NCBI GenBank assembly: GCA_005882895.1
Contig: VBBD01000009.1
Location: 7,648 to 71,647 of the forward strand
Source of the DNA: Candidatus Bathyarchaeota archaeon
GTDB taxonomy: Archaea; Thermoproteota; Bathyarchaeia; 40CM-2-53-6
Length of the DNA stretch: 64,000 nt
Direction of reading: 5' to 3'
How positions within the stretch are numbered: position 1 is the stretch's first letter; each line of letters starts with the position of its first letter. Shown here piece after piece: positions 28,474 through 39,086 of this stretch. The translations under genes were made by a program, and so were the position numbers. The notes beneath the pieces were generated by a model. That model saw only the letters and a list, made by a program, of their open reading frames with translations, had not been told where the DNA came from and ran no database searches.

Positions 28474-29406
28474 GTGAGGGTAAACGGTCGAGGGTTGGAT
28501 GATGAAACCCGCGGTTTCCAGGAAGGAGAACAGATTGCAAAGGTCTCCGTATGGACCCTGTTGGGTCTTGGCATTGCTGAGATCGCATTCAGCCTGGTCA
28601 GTGGAAGCATCTCCCTCCTCGCGGATGGCATAGACTCCATCTCCGACGCCGTAGTAAGCTTCTTTGTCTGGGCCGGTCTCCGCATCTCACGCCGTAAGCC
28701 CACTCGCAGGTTCCAATTCGGCTACTACAAAGTCGAGAGCTTTACGGCGCTTATCACCGCGATTGTTCTTGTAGCAGTCTCAGGCTACATTTTCCTCCGA
28801 TCCTATCGAGCGCTCCAGAATCCCGTACCCCTTAGGCTCCCTCTTCTGGCTCTAGTTGTTCTTCTAGCCGCAGGCTTGGGCTCCCTCTACCGTGCCCTCC
28901 AGATGCGCAGAGTAGCCAACAAGTACAGCATAACGTCTCTGAAACTTGACGCGAGAAATTCAATAAAAGATGCATCCTCATCGTTCGTAGCCTTCGCCAG
29001 CGTGCTCGTCGCGTCATTTGGAATTCACTTCGCGGACGCGATCGGAGGAATGCTGGTAGCAGTCTACATTCTCACGGTCGCCTACGTGGCGCTAAGAGAA
29101 TCCTCCCTAGTCCTCCTAGATGAGTTCCACGAGCCAGAACTCTCTCGCGAAATAGAACGTCTGATAAGATCACACACCGATGTTAGGGGAATAAGAGACC
29201 TGAGGCTGCGGAGAGCCGGCCCATTCATAGTAGGAGCGCTCGAAGTAGAAGTTGAAGGGAACATGACGTTGAATGAGGCTCACGATGTCGCCACTGAACT
29301 GGAAGCCTCGGTCAAATCTAGGATCGGAGGTCTGCGAAGGCTGGTCGTAACGCCGGTCCCTGTGGTCGACCCTCACGAACACCCTCACGAACATTTCACA
29401 ACCTAG
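28474..29406 (+). CDS. Cation diffusion facilitator (FieF-like)
   Basis: SLLADGIDSISD, FQFGYYKVE, LRLRRAGP; His-rich tail HEHPHEH. Confidence 0.92.
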   Translation: MRVNGRGLDDETRGFQEGEQIAKVSVWTLLGLGIAEIAFSLVSGSISLLADGIDSISDAVVSFFVWAGLRISRRKPTRRFQFGYYKVESFTALITAIVLVAVSGYIFLRSYRALQNPVPLRLPLLALVVLLAAGLGSLYRALQMRRVANKYSITSLKLDARNSIKDASSSFVAFASVLVASFGIHFADAIGGMLVAVYILTVAYVALRESSLVLLDEFHEPELSREIERLIRSHTDVRGIRDLRLRRAGPFIVGALEVEVEGNMTLNEAHDVATELEASVKSRIGGLRRLVVTPVPVVDPHEHPHEHFTT

Positions 29407-29486
29407 CCCTCGTCTTCAGAGAAAGAGGCCGCCTAGCGTCCACCCAAGTGATATGGGGTCGAATAACTAATTGTGAGCGACAGTTT

Positions 29487-30554
29487 TTACAGATGAAGGA
29501 AGACAAGGATTAGGATTCTGGCAAGTACGCCAAGGATGGGAGGAATGACGAGCACTGTTGCAAGCCTGCTGACGACGCCGAGGTCAAAGGGCCAGGATTG
29601 GATTTTCTGTATATCTTGCTGTATCTGACGGACCATTGTGAGCTCATCGGCCAACGCCTGCGTCTGGTTCGCACTATCCTCTCTTGGCATCTTCGAGATT
29701 TGCTCCTTGAGCCTCGTGATGATTGCTGTGTATTGGGGCGTTACCCAGCTTTGCTCCTCATGCTTGGCTTCCTGAAGCCTCCTCCGGATGCTGAGGAGGG
29801 GCAGAAAGAAAAGCGCGATTCCGGCGAGGATTAGCCCCGCGCTGAAAATGATGTCGGTAAGCCTGATGGGAGAAAAAATGATGGTTATTCCTCCGGAGAT
29901 CTCCACGTCAACAGTTACCAGCTCTAGGAAAGTCAGCGTAACCGGGAAGAACGCGTAGACACTGGCCAATCTTAGCGAGGTGGTTCCGAACGGCTTCAAG
30001 CCTAGGGTTCTGTCTTCGGTGAAAGGTTTGAGCCGCAGCGGTAGTTTGCCGGCCCGGTGAATGGCGTACATCGAGTAGCCGTAGACCCATAGAAAGGAGG
30101 CTAGTATCAGAAAGAAGTATGCGATGACCGTGATATGTTCCGAGAAGACTGCCGTAGGGCTTGGGAAGCCGAAGAGAAAAGTGATAGCGACCAGAAGTAT
30201 CACCCAAACTACAAAAACATTCCCGAGCCGGAACGGTATTCTAAGGCCATCTCCCGGCATGTTAGGGCTCATTTGTTTGACATAGTCGTTTAATCGTTCC
30301 ATTCTGTTCGAGATGAAATGGATGGCGTAGACGAAGTAGACTAGGAAAAATGATAGGACTAGGGCGGTGTCTAGCAAGTAGCCTCCTAGCCCAGCGGGGG
30401 GAACGATGAGGTAGTCGAGAGTGGCTAGTAGCCTAGTGGGAACGAACCCGATGATAATCGCCCAAAGCCAGAAAGGAAGTCTTAACCCTGCGGCCAGGCG
30501 AACGAACGAAGGCCAAGAAATCACCGTGGAGGGACCGTGCAAGGAAAACTCCAA
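29487..30554 (-). CDS. Hypothetical multi-pass membrane protein
   Basis: About seven TM segments, DRTLGLKPFG and WPFD motifs. Confidence 0.75.
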   Translation of the reverse strand: MEFSLHGPSTVISWPSFVRLAAGLRLPFWLWAIIIGFVPTRLLATLDYLIVPPAGLGGYLLDTALVLSFFLVYFVYAIHFISNRMERLNDYVKQMSPNMPGDGLRIPFRLGNVFVVWVILLVAITFLFGFPSPTAVFSEHITVIAYFFLILASFLWVYGYSMYAIHRAGKLPLRLKPFTEDRTLGLKPFGTTSLRLASVYAFFPVTLTFLELVTVDVEISGGITIIFSPIRLTDIIFSAGLILAGIALFFLPLLSIRRRLQEAKHEEQSWVTPQYTAIITRLKEQISKMPREDSANQTQALADELTMVRQIQQDIQKIQSWPFDLGVVSRLATVLVIPPILGVLARILILVFLHL

Positions 30555-30642
30555 GGATGACGTTACCTGAAGCCTTCCTTATAGAAGCGGTGCCGTACCG
30601 TGTTCCCCGTTGAAGGGAAGGAAGCACTTGCAGTATTGAGAA

Positions 30643-32091
30643 TTATCTTACTGGCTCCGCCCTGACGGTTTTTGATTCGGGAACTCCTTCGAACTTTTGG
30701 CCTCTCAATGCTGAAGGAACCACCGCGATCAGGCTCATGATCCCCATGATCAGGAAGGTGGTATGCATGGGACTCACGAACAGAGCAATGTTAGACGCAT
30801 TGGAACCAGAGGGAGTTTCGCCAGCAAAGACCGCCTGGAGAACGTTCAAAGGGATGTTTGTCGCTAATACAACGAACACTATCGCGAGGCTAAGAAGGGC
30901 TCCCGTGGTGACAAGTGTAGCCGACATTCCTGAAGCGACCCCTCTCCTAGTTACTGGTGTCGCGTTCATGATCGAACTTATGTTTGGTGCGACAAACATT
31001 CCGCCGCCTGCACCACTAACAACCATGAGCAACGCAAGGATGTTGTAGGAGACATCTCCAGGGACCGCGGCGAAACCGAAGAGTGCGCCAGCCGATATCA
31101 AGAGGCCTCCTGTGGTAAAACCTCTGGCACCGTACTTGTCAGAGAGAAATCCACTCAGGGGCCCTACGGTGACGAAGGCCACTGCGAACGGTATGAGTAG
31201 AATGCCCGCCTTCAAGGCATCATAGAGGAGTGCTCCTTGGAAGAAGATTGTCAGCACGAGAGAGATTCCGCTTCTTGAGATCGAGGCGAGAAAGTTGCTG
31301 AATATTCCTGCGGTAAATGGTCTAATCTTGAATAGTTTCAAGTCCATCAACGGAGTCTGAGTTTTCAGCTCCACGTAGCCAAATCCGGCCAGCGCGACCA
31401 AGCCTGCGACCATCATTCCTAAGTCGAGAGCAGTGTATCCTGAGAGAGCTCCAAGGGTTAGCCCGATGAGGAAGGTGGATAATCCTCCTGCGAACAGCAA
31501 GTTCCCTGGCAGATCAATTCTTTCGTGTTTGACAGTTCCAAGTTCTCGGAGTTTCTTGTGGGCCCAGATTGTTGCGAAGATCCCGATGGGCAGGTTTATC
31601 CAGAAAATTGACTGCCAGCCCAAGGCCACAGTCAGGACTCCACCTAGTATGAGGCCGATGACGGATCCACTTATGCCAGCCACAAGGTTGACTCCGATCG
31701 CGCGTCCCCGCTCGTTTGGAGGAAACGCATCTGTCAGGATGGCTGCGTTGTTGGCCCATATGAGCGCGGCTCCTACTCCTTGCACGAGACGGAAGAAGAC
31801 CAGCATTGTGCCGCTGATCGAGAGGCTGCAGAGCCCGGACCCTATCGTGAATACGGCGAAGCCGAGGTTGTAGAGACGCACCTTGCCGTACATGTCAGCC
31901 AGTCGGCCGAACAAAAGTAGCAACACAGCGGTCATGAGAATGTAGCCCATCAGCACCCAGAGAGCTTCGAAGGCGGAGGCATGCAATTTTCGAGTAATCG
32001 TTGGCAGGGCGATGAGGACGATGTTCCCGTCAAGCTGGGACATGAAGGCCCCGATAGTCGTGTTCGTCAATACAGTATACTTGTATTCCAT
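30643..32091 (-). CDS. MFS transporter, DHA2/EmrB-QacA type
   Basis: GRLADMYGK motif A, FRLVQGVG, WQSIFWINLPIG, 14 TM pattern. Confidence 0.93.
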   Translation of the reverse strand: MEYKYTVLTNTTIGAFMSQLDGNIVLIALPTITRKLHASAFEALWVLMGYILMTAVLLLLFGRLADMYGKVRLYNLGFAVFTIGSGLCSLSISGTMLVFFRLVQGVGAALIWANNAAILTDAFPPNERGRAIGVNLVAGISGSVIGLILGGVLTVALGWQSIFWINLPIGIFATIWAHKKLRELGTVKHERIDLPGNLLFAGGLSTFLIGLTLGALSGYTALDLGMMVAGLVALAGFGYVELKTQTPLMDLKLFKIRPFTAGIFSNFLASISRSGISLVLTIFFQGALLYDALKAGILLIPFAVAFVTVGPLSGFLSDKYGARGFTTGGLLISAGALFGFAAVPGDVSYNILALLMVVSGAGGGMFVAPNISSIMNATPVTRRGVASGMSATLVTTGALLSLAIVFVVLATNIPLNVLQAVFAGETPSGSNASNIALFVSPMHTTFLIMGIMSLIAVVPSALRGQKFEGVPESKTVRAEPVR

Positions 32092-32235
32092 CTAACCAAC
32101 CAACGGTCTTCTTTCCGATTGATGAAGCGATGCGCTGTGAGAAATCCTGTATAAGGTCTATTTCCAAAGTTCGCGCGATGTGAAAGCAAAAAAATATGAA
32201 ATCGAGTTCTTTCAACAGAAACTATTAGCGAGCTG

Positions 32236-33276
32236 TTAGTAGAGTTCCCTTCTCCTAGCTGTCAGGTTTATGGTCATCTCTGCAACATCCTCTCCATACT
32301 CAGAGATGCGTTTCATGCTCTCGAGGGCCAATCTTACAGCGACGACAGTCTTTTGGTTGAGACGAAAGTCAAAGAGCTTGTCCATCACACCCTCAGCGTC
32401 CTTCTCAACTCTCTGAGCAGATATGATTGAAGTGTTCGCCACTGTTCCGTCGACTTTCGTCAAGGACTTCAACGCATCCTCCAAGACCGAGCTAGTCAAG
32501 TCGCTAACCTTTGACAAATCTCCAACCAGTCGCTGTGGAAGAGGTGACTCGATTTCAGAGGTCATCCTCGCGATTGTCGTTGCATGATCGGCTATCCTCT
32601 CAAGACTTTTCGAAACCACGCGATAAACTAGGCAATCTCGGGGATCCGCGAGTCCGATCTCCAGAATCAGGCTCCTGTTCAGTACAGCCATGGTGAGTTG
32701 TCGTATCAAGAACAGGTAAAACCGGTCAACCTCTTCGTCTCTTTTGATAACTTCCTCAGCGAGCGCAATATCTCTATTCTTTAGAGAATCTACTGCGTCT
32801 CGCAACATGAGTTTGGCGATAAGGCTCATTCTTGAGATGACCTTTGGTGCCGGAAGGTCGCCGTAGGTTGAAAGGCATTGAATTATCAGCTCATCTTTTG
32901 ACTCTTCAATAATCTCGGACCCTACGAACATGCGTCTTGCGGCCTCTCTAAGGTATGTGCGAAGGTCGGGCCTTGACGGCGTCGGAAATCTAATCCTAAT
33001 CATATCATACCCTGCCAAGTACTGGGCGACAACCGTTCTCAAGATCTGCTCTCTATCCTGATCCTTTGTAGGCGTAAGTGCAATCTCTGCACCCTTGCCT
33101 TGAGTGGTCGGGATCTTCTCGTGAGGGACAAGAGTTAGCGAAGAATCCGACCGCGGAAGAACCGCCACTACATCCCCCGCTTTTAGGCCCTGTTCCCTTA
33201 CCCAATCCTTGGGAAGAGAAACAGTATAGCTCGCTCCCCCGGTCATCTGGAGCCTTCGAAGTTCAACATGCGTCAT
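32236..33276 (-). CDS. phoU: Archaeal phosphate uptake regulator (AbrB-PhoU-PhoU)
   Basis: RRLQMTGGASYTVSLPKDW (AbrB), DEEVDR, LERIADH. Confidence 0.93.
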   Translation of the reverse strand: MTHVELRRLQMTGGASYTVSLPKDWVREQGLKAGDVVAVLPRSDSSLTLVPHEKIPTTQGKGAEIALTPTKDQDREQILRTVVAQYLAGYDMIRIRFPTPSRPDLRTYLREAARRMFVGSEIIEESKDELIIQCLSTYGDLPAPKVISRMSLIAKLMLRDAVDSLKNRDIALAEEVIKRDEEVDRFYLFLIRQLTMAVLNRSLILEIGLADPRDCLVYRVVSKSLERIADHATTIARMTSEIESPLPQRLVGDLSKVSDLTSSVLEDALKSLTKVDGTVANTSIISAQRVEKDAEGVMDKLFDFRLNQKTVVAVRLALESMKRISEYGEDVAEMTINLTARRRELY

Positions 33277-33346
33277 TTGCTGAACCTCTCTCCATTGATC
33301 TATGTATATGTTTACCTAGCTATATACTCGGTGAGTTATCTACTTA

Positions 33347-33658
33347 TTGCCCGGGGGTTCAATTCGGACATCGCGTGAAGAACACAATGAGTCCAACAGA
33401 CGAGAGATCAACGAGAGCTGGACTTTTCGAACTTTGTATCCTGATACAGGGGAGAGTGGCGGCACGTACGATATAGATGTGCTGACCGAACCGATCACAA
33501 GGACGAGACGGACTGAATTCAAAACTCCCTCTCTTAGGGTTTCAATGAGGCTTCTCGATATTGCTGAGAGCGGTGACACCTATGACCCAGAAGTTGAGCA
33601 ATCCTTCGGAGGAGAACTCGAAAGCTGGTCAGCTCTTCAAACCGTGCCTAGGGCGTAG
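33347..33658 (+). CDS. Hypothetical protein
   Basis: Fills the gap divergent from phoU; acidic; no recognisable motif. Confidence 0.4.
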   Translation: MPGGSIRTSREEHNESNRREINESWTFRTLYPDTGESGGTYDIDVLTEPITRTRRTEFKTPSLRVSMRLLDIAESGDTYDPEVEQSFGGELESWSALQTVPRA

Positions 33659-33720
33659 ATGCAAAGCTGTGAGCTCCTAACTCTTCCTCGGTGGCTGCTG
33701 AATTGGCGAATACTGTGATC

Positions 33721-33745
33721 TACTGACCTACATAGGCAGTCAGTA
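33721..33745. promoter_or_regulatory. Inverted repeat upstream of the DUF47-PiT operon
   Basis: TACTGAC-N11-GTCAGTA with inner CCTACATAGG. Confidence 0.5.
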
Positions 33746-33783
33746 TTATCAGTGGGACGATTAATTACTCAGTCGCCCCCCTC

Positions 33784-34419
33784 TTGTTGTCTATGGGACT
33801 AAGGGAGCTTCTCATACCCCGGGAGAAAATCTTCTTCCAGCTTCTCGAAGAAGAGTCGAAGAATGTCCTGGCGGGGGCCATAGCTTTCAGTGAGTTGATC
33901 CAGAACTTCGACCATTTGGCTGACAAAAGGAACAAGATGAAAGACATAGAGCACCACGGAGACGAAATTGTTCACTCCATTTATGACCGTCTCGTAAAGA
34001 CCTTCATCACTCCCATCGATAGAGAAGACATTAGCAAGCTCGCATCTCTCTATGACGATGTCTTGGATTACATCTACGCGGCTGTCAACCGTCTCTTTCT
34101 GTATGAGGTCGAATCACCGACGGAGCCGATGAGACGGTTCGCGGACTTGGTCTTGAAGTCAGTCCGGGAAATCGACTTCGCCTTCGCCAGTATTCAAAAG
34201 ATCAAGGCCTCTGAGATTGAGACCCGATGCAATGAGGTAGACACCTTGGAGAACGAGGCTGATGTTGTTCTGAACGAGTCAGTCGCCGCCCTTTTCAAGA
34301 CGACCGATGCGATCGCTATCATCAAGTTCAAGGAGATCTACGAACTGATGGAGACAATTACCGACAAGTGTGAGGATGTTGTTCAGGTGATCAGGGACAT
34401 TATCCTGGAGTATTCCTAG
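33784..34419 (+). CDS. DUF47 family phosphate transport regulator
   Basis: EHHGD, TFITPIDREDI, ENEAD, TDKCEDV. Confidence 0.93.
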   Translation: MLSMGLRELLIPREKIFFQLLEEESKNVLAGAIAFSELIQNFDHLADKRNKMKDIEHHGDEIVHSIYDRLVKTFITPIDREDISKLASLYDDVLDYIYAAVNRLFLYEVESPTEPMRRFADLVLKSVREIDFAFASIQKIKASEIETRCNEVDTLENEADVVLNESVAALFKTTDAIAIIKFKEIYELMETITDKCEDVVQVIRDIILEYS

Positions 34420-34438
34420 CCAAGAAGAGGTCCTCCTA

Positions 34439-35449
34439 GTGTCCACGACAGTCCCGTTCGAGATAGTTGTCCTAGTGGTTGTTGTGGCCCTGGGATTTGA
34501 TTTCATGAACGGGTTTCACGACGCGGCGAATTCCGTCGCCACAGTGGTCTCTACGAGGGTTCTTACTCCCCGTGTCGCTGTGCTTTGGGCGGCGTTCTTC
34601 AATTTCGTGGCAGCCTTCGTCTTCGGAGTCAACGTCGCCTCAACCATCGGGAAGGGAACCATAGACCCGAAGATAGTCACTGCCTGGCTGCTTCTTGCCG
34701 TTCTCACCGGCGCCATCTCTTGGGACGTCATAACATGGTGGTTTGGCCTGCCAACGAGTTCGTCCCACGCCTTAGTGGGTGGCCTCATCGGTGCCGGCGT
34801 CGTGAAGGGAGGGTGGAGCATAGTCCAGACTGCTGGCGTCAGCAAGATAGCATACTTCATAGTGTTGTCTCCAGTTATCGGCTTTTTCCTCGCCATTGGT
34901 CTAGTCCTGCTTACGGTGAGAATTGCCATGCGGTATTCTCGTTCCACATCAGATCACGCCTTCCGACGGCTTCAACTCGTGTCCGCAGCCCTCTACAGCC
35001 TAGGTCACGGGACAAATGACGCCCAGAAGACCATGGGGATCATAGCCGCGCTTCTTTTCGCGCAGGGCTTGTTAGGCTCGACCTTCTATGTTCCATTCTA
35101 CGTGATACTATTGGCGGGAACCGCGATGGGACTTGGAACCTACTTCGGAGGATGGAGGATCGTCCGCACAATGGGTATGAAGATCACAAAACTGCACCCT
35201 TTCGGCGGGTTCAGCGCCGAAACCGCAGCTGCTTCAACACTCTTCGCCACCGCATCCCTCGGAATCCCTGTAAGCACTACCCATACAATTGCCGGAGCGA
35301 TAATGGGCGTTGGCTCGACCCGAAGGCTATCGGCGGTAAGATGGGGAGTGGCCCGCAGAATAGTCTACGCTTGGGTCCTCACGATTCCCGCCGCGGCCGC
35401 GATAGCGGGCCTATCATACTACGTTCTGACACTCGCAGGCCTCAGCTAA
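34439..35449 (+). CDS. pit: Inorganic phosphate transporter (PiT)
   Basis: NGFHDAANSVAT, GLPTSSSH, GHGTNDAQK, PVSTTH. Confidence 0.95.
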   Translation: MSTTVPFEIVVLVVVVALGFDFMNGFHDAANSVATVVSTRVLTPRVAVLWAAFFNFVAAFVFGVNVASTIGKGTIDPKIVTAWLLLAVLTGAISWDVITWWFGLPTSSSHALVGGLIGAGVVKGGWSIVQTAGVSKIAYFIVLSPVIGFFLAIGLVLLTVRIAMRYSRSTSDHAFRRLQLVSAALYSLGHGTNDAQKTMGIIAALLFAQGLLGSTFYVPFYVILLAGTAMGLGTYFGGWRIVRTMGMKITKLHPFGGFSAETAAASTLFATASLGIPVSTTHTIAGAIMGVGSTRRLSAVRWGVARRIVYAWVLTIPAAAAIAGLSYYVLTLAGLS

Positions 35450-35645
35450 GCAAAATCGTGGTGTCTGTCGGTACAGGTTACTCGGTATTGCACCTCACGG
35501 CCCGTTTTTTCTGGCTAATCAAAACGGTGCACTGTCAGAAATCTCGTATTGGGACTACTAGCCTTAGGGTTCTCAGGAAAAATGGGATATTTTCACTAAC
35601 GTGGAGCGTTCTTGGGAGTTAGCTCTTTACCTACAATAGTGTAGG

Positions 35646-36875
35646 TTGCCTCAGAGGGTCGGTGTCCTGATGGAAGACTATGACGCTGTAATAGTTGGTG
35701 CGGGAATTGGAGGTCTAGCCTTAGGCTACGCCCTTGCATCAAACGGGCGAAAAGTATGTGTCTTAGAGGCCCGGCGCGAAGTAACCCCATCAAAGAGAGG
35801 ATTGACTCTTCAGCCGAATGGCTTGGAAACACTCCAAAAGCTAGGTCTTTTGGACCGAGTTCTTAGGATTGGAGCAAAGACCACTCATGTAAGCTGGTAC
35901 GAGATACGTGAAGGGCCTCTGGCAACATTTGACTATTCTATTCTCGACCATCCGCACAACTATCTGTTGACGGTTGTACCGAGCGAGCTTGAGCTAGATC
36001 TTCGAGAAGCATTTTCTAGCAAAGGCGGAATAATTTACGATTCAACTTTCTTTCAGGAAACATTACGAGCCGGATTCGGACGGGTCATAAAGGCGGAGAA
36101 GAACCGTTCTCCAGTTGAGTTCTCCGCGAAAATTATTGTCGGGGCCGACGGGGAGAATTCTAGGGTTAGGCAGGCACTTCAAATACTCGCACGCATCAAA
36201 AAATATCCTGACGACTTCCTCTTTATGCTGGCGGGACCTGTAGCCTCGCTTCGCTCAGAAGCAAGGCAACATGTTGCTCGGGGAAAGATGGTGGGTTTCT
36301 TCCCTACGCGAGGGTTGACGTACATCTTCTATTACATTTCCGGCAGAAGGCTCCAGCAATTCAAATCTCAAAAATTAGAATCATTCCTGAACGAACTCGC
36401 AGATATAGAACCAGAAATCTCAGATTCCTTACGCAGCCTTAGGTATTGGGAGGACATAGCCCATGTCTCCGCTAGAAGAGTTGACGTGAATAGTTGGGTT
36501 GCCGACCGGGCCGCATTACTCGGAGACGCTGTCCACGCCCTTGACCCATCGTGGGCCCAAGGTGCGAATATGGCCTTACAGGATGCTGTGGCCCTGTCAA
36601 ATACGATCGAGAGATGCTTTGCGCTACATGATTTCAGCGCGAACGCCCTCAAAGGCTACGAGAGGATGAGGCGGAAGCAGGCCGAGTTTGTGCAAAGAGA
36701 AGCGGAAAGAACTGCGCAACTCACTGCGACAGAGAACGGTTTCTATTACTGGCTCGGGAAACGGGTTCTAAAAAGAATAGGTAGGAATAGAGAGCTGATG
36801 CGCGTCGCCCTACAAGCCTCTTGTGGCCTCATAGATCGTTTCAGCCTTCAGGAACAGATACGGTTCCTAATATAG
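35646..36875 (+). CDS. FAD-dependent monooxygenase (UbiH/NICH-like)
   Basis: IVGAGIGG, VGADG, LLGDAVH...QGANMALQDA. Confidence 0.92.
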   Translation: MPQRVGVLMEDYDAVIVGAGIGGLALGYALASNGRKVCVLEARREVTPSKRGLTLQPNGLETLQKLGLLDRVLRIGAKTTHVSWYEIREGPLATFDYSILDHPHNYLLTVVPSELELDLREAFSSKGGIIYDSTFFQETLRAGFGRVIKAEKNRSPVEFSAKIIVGADGENSRVRQALQILARIKKYPDDFLFMLAGPVASLRSEARQHVARGKMVGFFPTRGLTYIFYYISGRRLQQFKSQKLESFLNELADIEPEISDSLRSLRYWEDIAHVSARRVDVNSWVADRAALLGDAVHALDPSWAQGANMALQDAVALSNTIERCFALHDFSANALKGYERMRRKQAEFVQREAERTAQLTATENGFYYWLGKRVLKRIGRNRELMRVALQASCGLIDRFSLQEQIRFLI

Positions 36876-36939
36876 ACCACAAGATGTTTGGGAACGAACC
36901 AGAGAGAACGTTGTCGTGTTGCTTTGGACAATGTTCATT

Positions 36940-37131
36940 CTAGATTTGGCCTCTAAGAGAATCTCGTATGGTTCCATCTTTCCATAACTGTTCTACTTGC
37001 GTTGCTCTGCAAGCCTTGCAGACGATAGTTACCCATCCGCCTGCCGAACCAGGGTGATTGCTAACTTCGTGTTCCATGACCTTGTTGCAAGTCCAACACC
37101 ACATGACCTCCTTGACCGTCACTGCCCGCAT
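36940..37131 (-). CDS. Small Zn-ribbon protein
   Basis: CWTC...CKAC, 63 aa. Confidence 0.6.
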   Translation of the reverse strand: MRAVTVKEVMWCWTCNKVMEHEVSNHPGSAGGWVTIVCKACRATQVEQLWKDGTIRDSLRGQI

Positions 37132-37287
37132 AATGAGGGAATCGAGCGGGAGCGATTAAGGAAGAGATGGCAGGAAATGTGAAACTAATTGCCGAGCGAA
37201 CTTGCAAAGCCTAGAGAGGGAACGCGATGAATAATCATAATAGTTGAACCGCCATCTAATCTCCAATCTACGAGGTGAATTTTCGGA

Positions 37288-37758
37288 ATGGGTAATGAAG
37301 AAAACCTGCGACTGATGCAAACATTAGACAATGCTTGGAATGGCAAAGATTGGGAAACGTTCATGAAGCGTCACTCTGAGAACGTTGCTGTGTACTGGCC
37401 GGGCCAGCCCGAGCCAACGAGGGGACGTCACGCGCATCATAACGAATCTGTTGAATTCTTCAAGGCATTTGATAATCATCTCGATAACAATCCGTACAAA
37501 ATCCTCTTCGGGTATGGCGACTACACGTGTTCAGTGGCCAGATGGACAGGCAAGAACATAGGACCGTTCACGGGCCCAGATGGCCGCATGATCCCTGCCA
37601 CCAACAAGAAATTCGAGCTCGAGTTCTGCACTGTGGCACACTGGAAGAACAATGAGATTGTCGAGGAGAAACTCTTCTACGACTTGGTAGGACTGTTGAA
37701 CCAGCTCGGCGTAACTCTGGAAGCAAAGATCCAAGCGGAGAAAGTGCCCGCTGTCTAG
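37288..37758 (+). CDS. SnoaL-like ester cyclase
   Basis: GRMIPATNKKFELEFCTVAHWKNNEIVEE. Confidence 0.88.
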   Translation: MGNEENLRLMQTLDNAWNGKDWETFMKRHSENVAVYWPGQPEPTRGRHAHHNESVEFFKAFDNHLDNNPYKILFGYGDYTCSVARWTGKNIGPFTGPDGRMIPATNKKFELEFCTVAHWKNNEIVEEKLFYDLVGLLNQLGVTLEAKIQAEKVPAV

Positions 37759-37901
37759 GAAATCCGCCGGCTCGACTCTCCTCATCCTTCTGAAGCGGAT
37801 TGATACTGGAAGGGAGGAATCTAGTCAAAAGATACTCGATAATCATGAATGGAAATTGTTAACTACTTATCACACGGAGCAAGAACTGTGAATTTCTGCA
37901 G

Positions 37902-38996
37902 ATGCCTAATACTCCGATAGCCAAGAGAGTCATCAAGGAATGCCTACAGGTCAAGGAAGACGAACAGGTACTAATCCAGACTTGGGACCACACACTGGAC
38001 ATTTCCGACTCACTAGCTCTGGAAGTAAACCAAGCGGGAGCGTCACCGTTTGTGAATCTCACCACACAGAACTCCTTCCTGAACTATCTCACCAGTGTTC
38101 CCGAGAAATACTACGGGAAGACCCCACGGGCCTTTCTCTCACTACTCGACCAGATTGACGCACAGGTCGTGCTCTTCGGTCCCAAAGACCCGAAGGTTCT
38201 GAAGATGGCTCCAGGAGAGCGCTTTTCCAAGGCTTTCGAGTCAGAAAAGCCGGTGATGGAGAAGTTACGGGAGAAAAAAATCCGGACTGCATACCTCCCT
38301 GTGGGCTATATCACCCCAGAACGCGCTCTAAACTACGGTTTCGATCTGTCGAAATGGCGCAACAACCATGACCAGGCGATGGACGTTGACATGCAGAAGA
38401 TGAAGGCTCTCGGCAAGAACCTGTCCTCCAAGCTTCATAACGCAAGCAAGGTTCACGTCAGCCATAGCAATGGAACGAACCTAACATTCGCCATCCAAGA
38501 CCGTCCTGTTCACGTTCGGGATGGGATAATCGACCAAGAGGATATTTCAGGGGGGAACTTTACCGAGTCTCTACCGTCCGGAAGCGTTCTGGTGGCCCCT
38601 ATTGAAACAAGCGCGGAGGGGACGGTCATTTTCGATACTCCACAGGCTTTGATGGGCAAGATGCTAAAGGGCTTCACAATGAAGTTCCAAAACGGTAAGC
38701 TAGTATCCTTCGATGCAAAGGAGAACCTTGACGCGTTTGCCGGCATGTACCGTGGCGCAAGCGGCGACAAAGACCGTCTCGGCTCGTTTTCTATCGGGAT
38801 CAATCCGAAGGCTCAGGTCATCGGTTTGGGCAGTGCTGACGAACTAGCTCTTGGAGGCGTGACCATCGGGATCGGGTACAACAAGGACTTTGGAGGAGAC
38901 AACGATACGACTGTCGGGTTCGCCCAGACCCTCAGCCAAGCCACCGTCGAAGTTGACGGAAAACCCATACTTCAAGAAGGCAAGGTCCAAGTCTAG
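37902..38996 (+). CDS. M29 aminopeptidase-family protein, probably catalytically inactive
   Basis: Overall M29 pattern (CLQVKEDEQVLI, NGTNLTF, LPSG, IGINP) but most metal ligands substituted. Confidence 0.82.
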   Translation: MPNTPIAKRVIKECLQVKEDEQVLIQTWDHTLDISDSLALEVNQAGASPFVNLTTQNSFLNYLTSVPEKYYGKTPRAFLSLLDQIDAQVVLFGPKDPKVLKMAPGERFSKAFESEKPVMEKLREKKIRTAYLPVGYITPERALNYGFDLSKWRNNHDQAMDVDMQKMKALGKNLSSKLHNASKVHVSHSNGTNLTFAIQDRPVHVRDGIIDQEDISGGNFTESLPSGSVLVAPIETSAEGTVIFDTPQALMGKMLKGFTMKFQNGKLVSFDAKENLDAFAGMYRGASGDKDRLGSFSIGINPKAQVIGLGSADELALGGVTIGIGYNKDFGGDNDTTVGFAQTLSQATVEVDGKPILQEGKVQV

Positions 38997-39086
38997 CGCT
39001 CGAAACTTGCCACGAAAATCCCCCTTTCGTCACGAGTGCTAATACTGCTTATCCGGTCTTGATTTCCGGCAACGAACTGATAGTAA

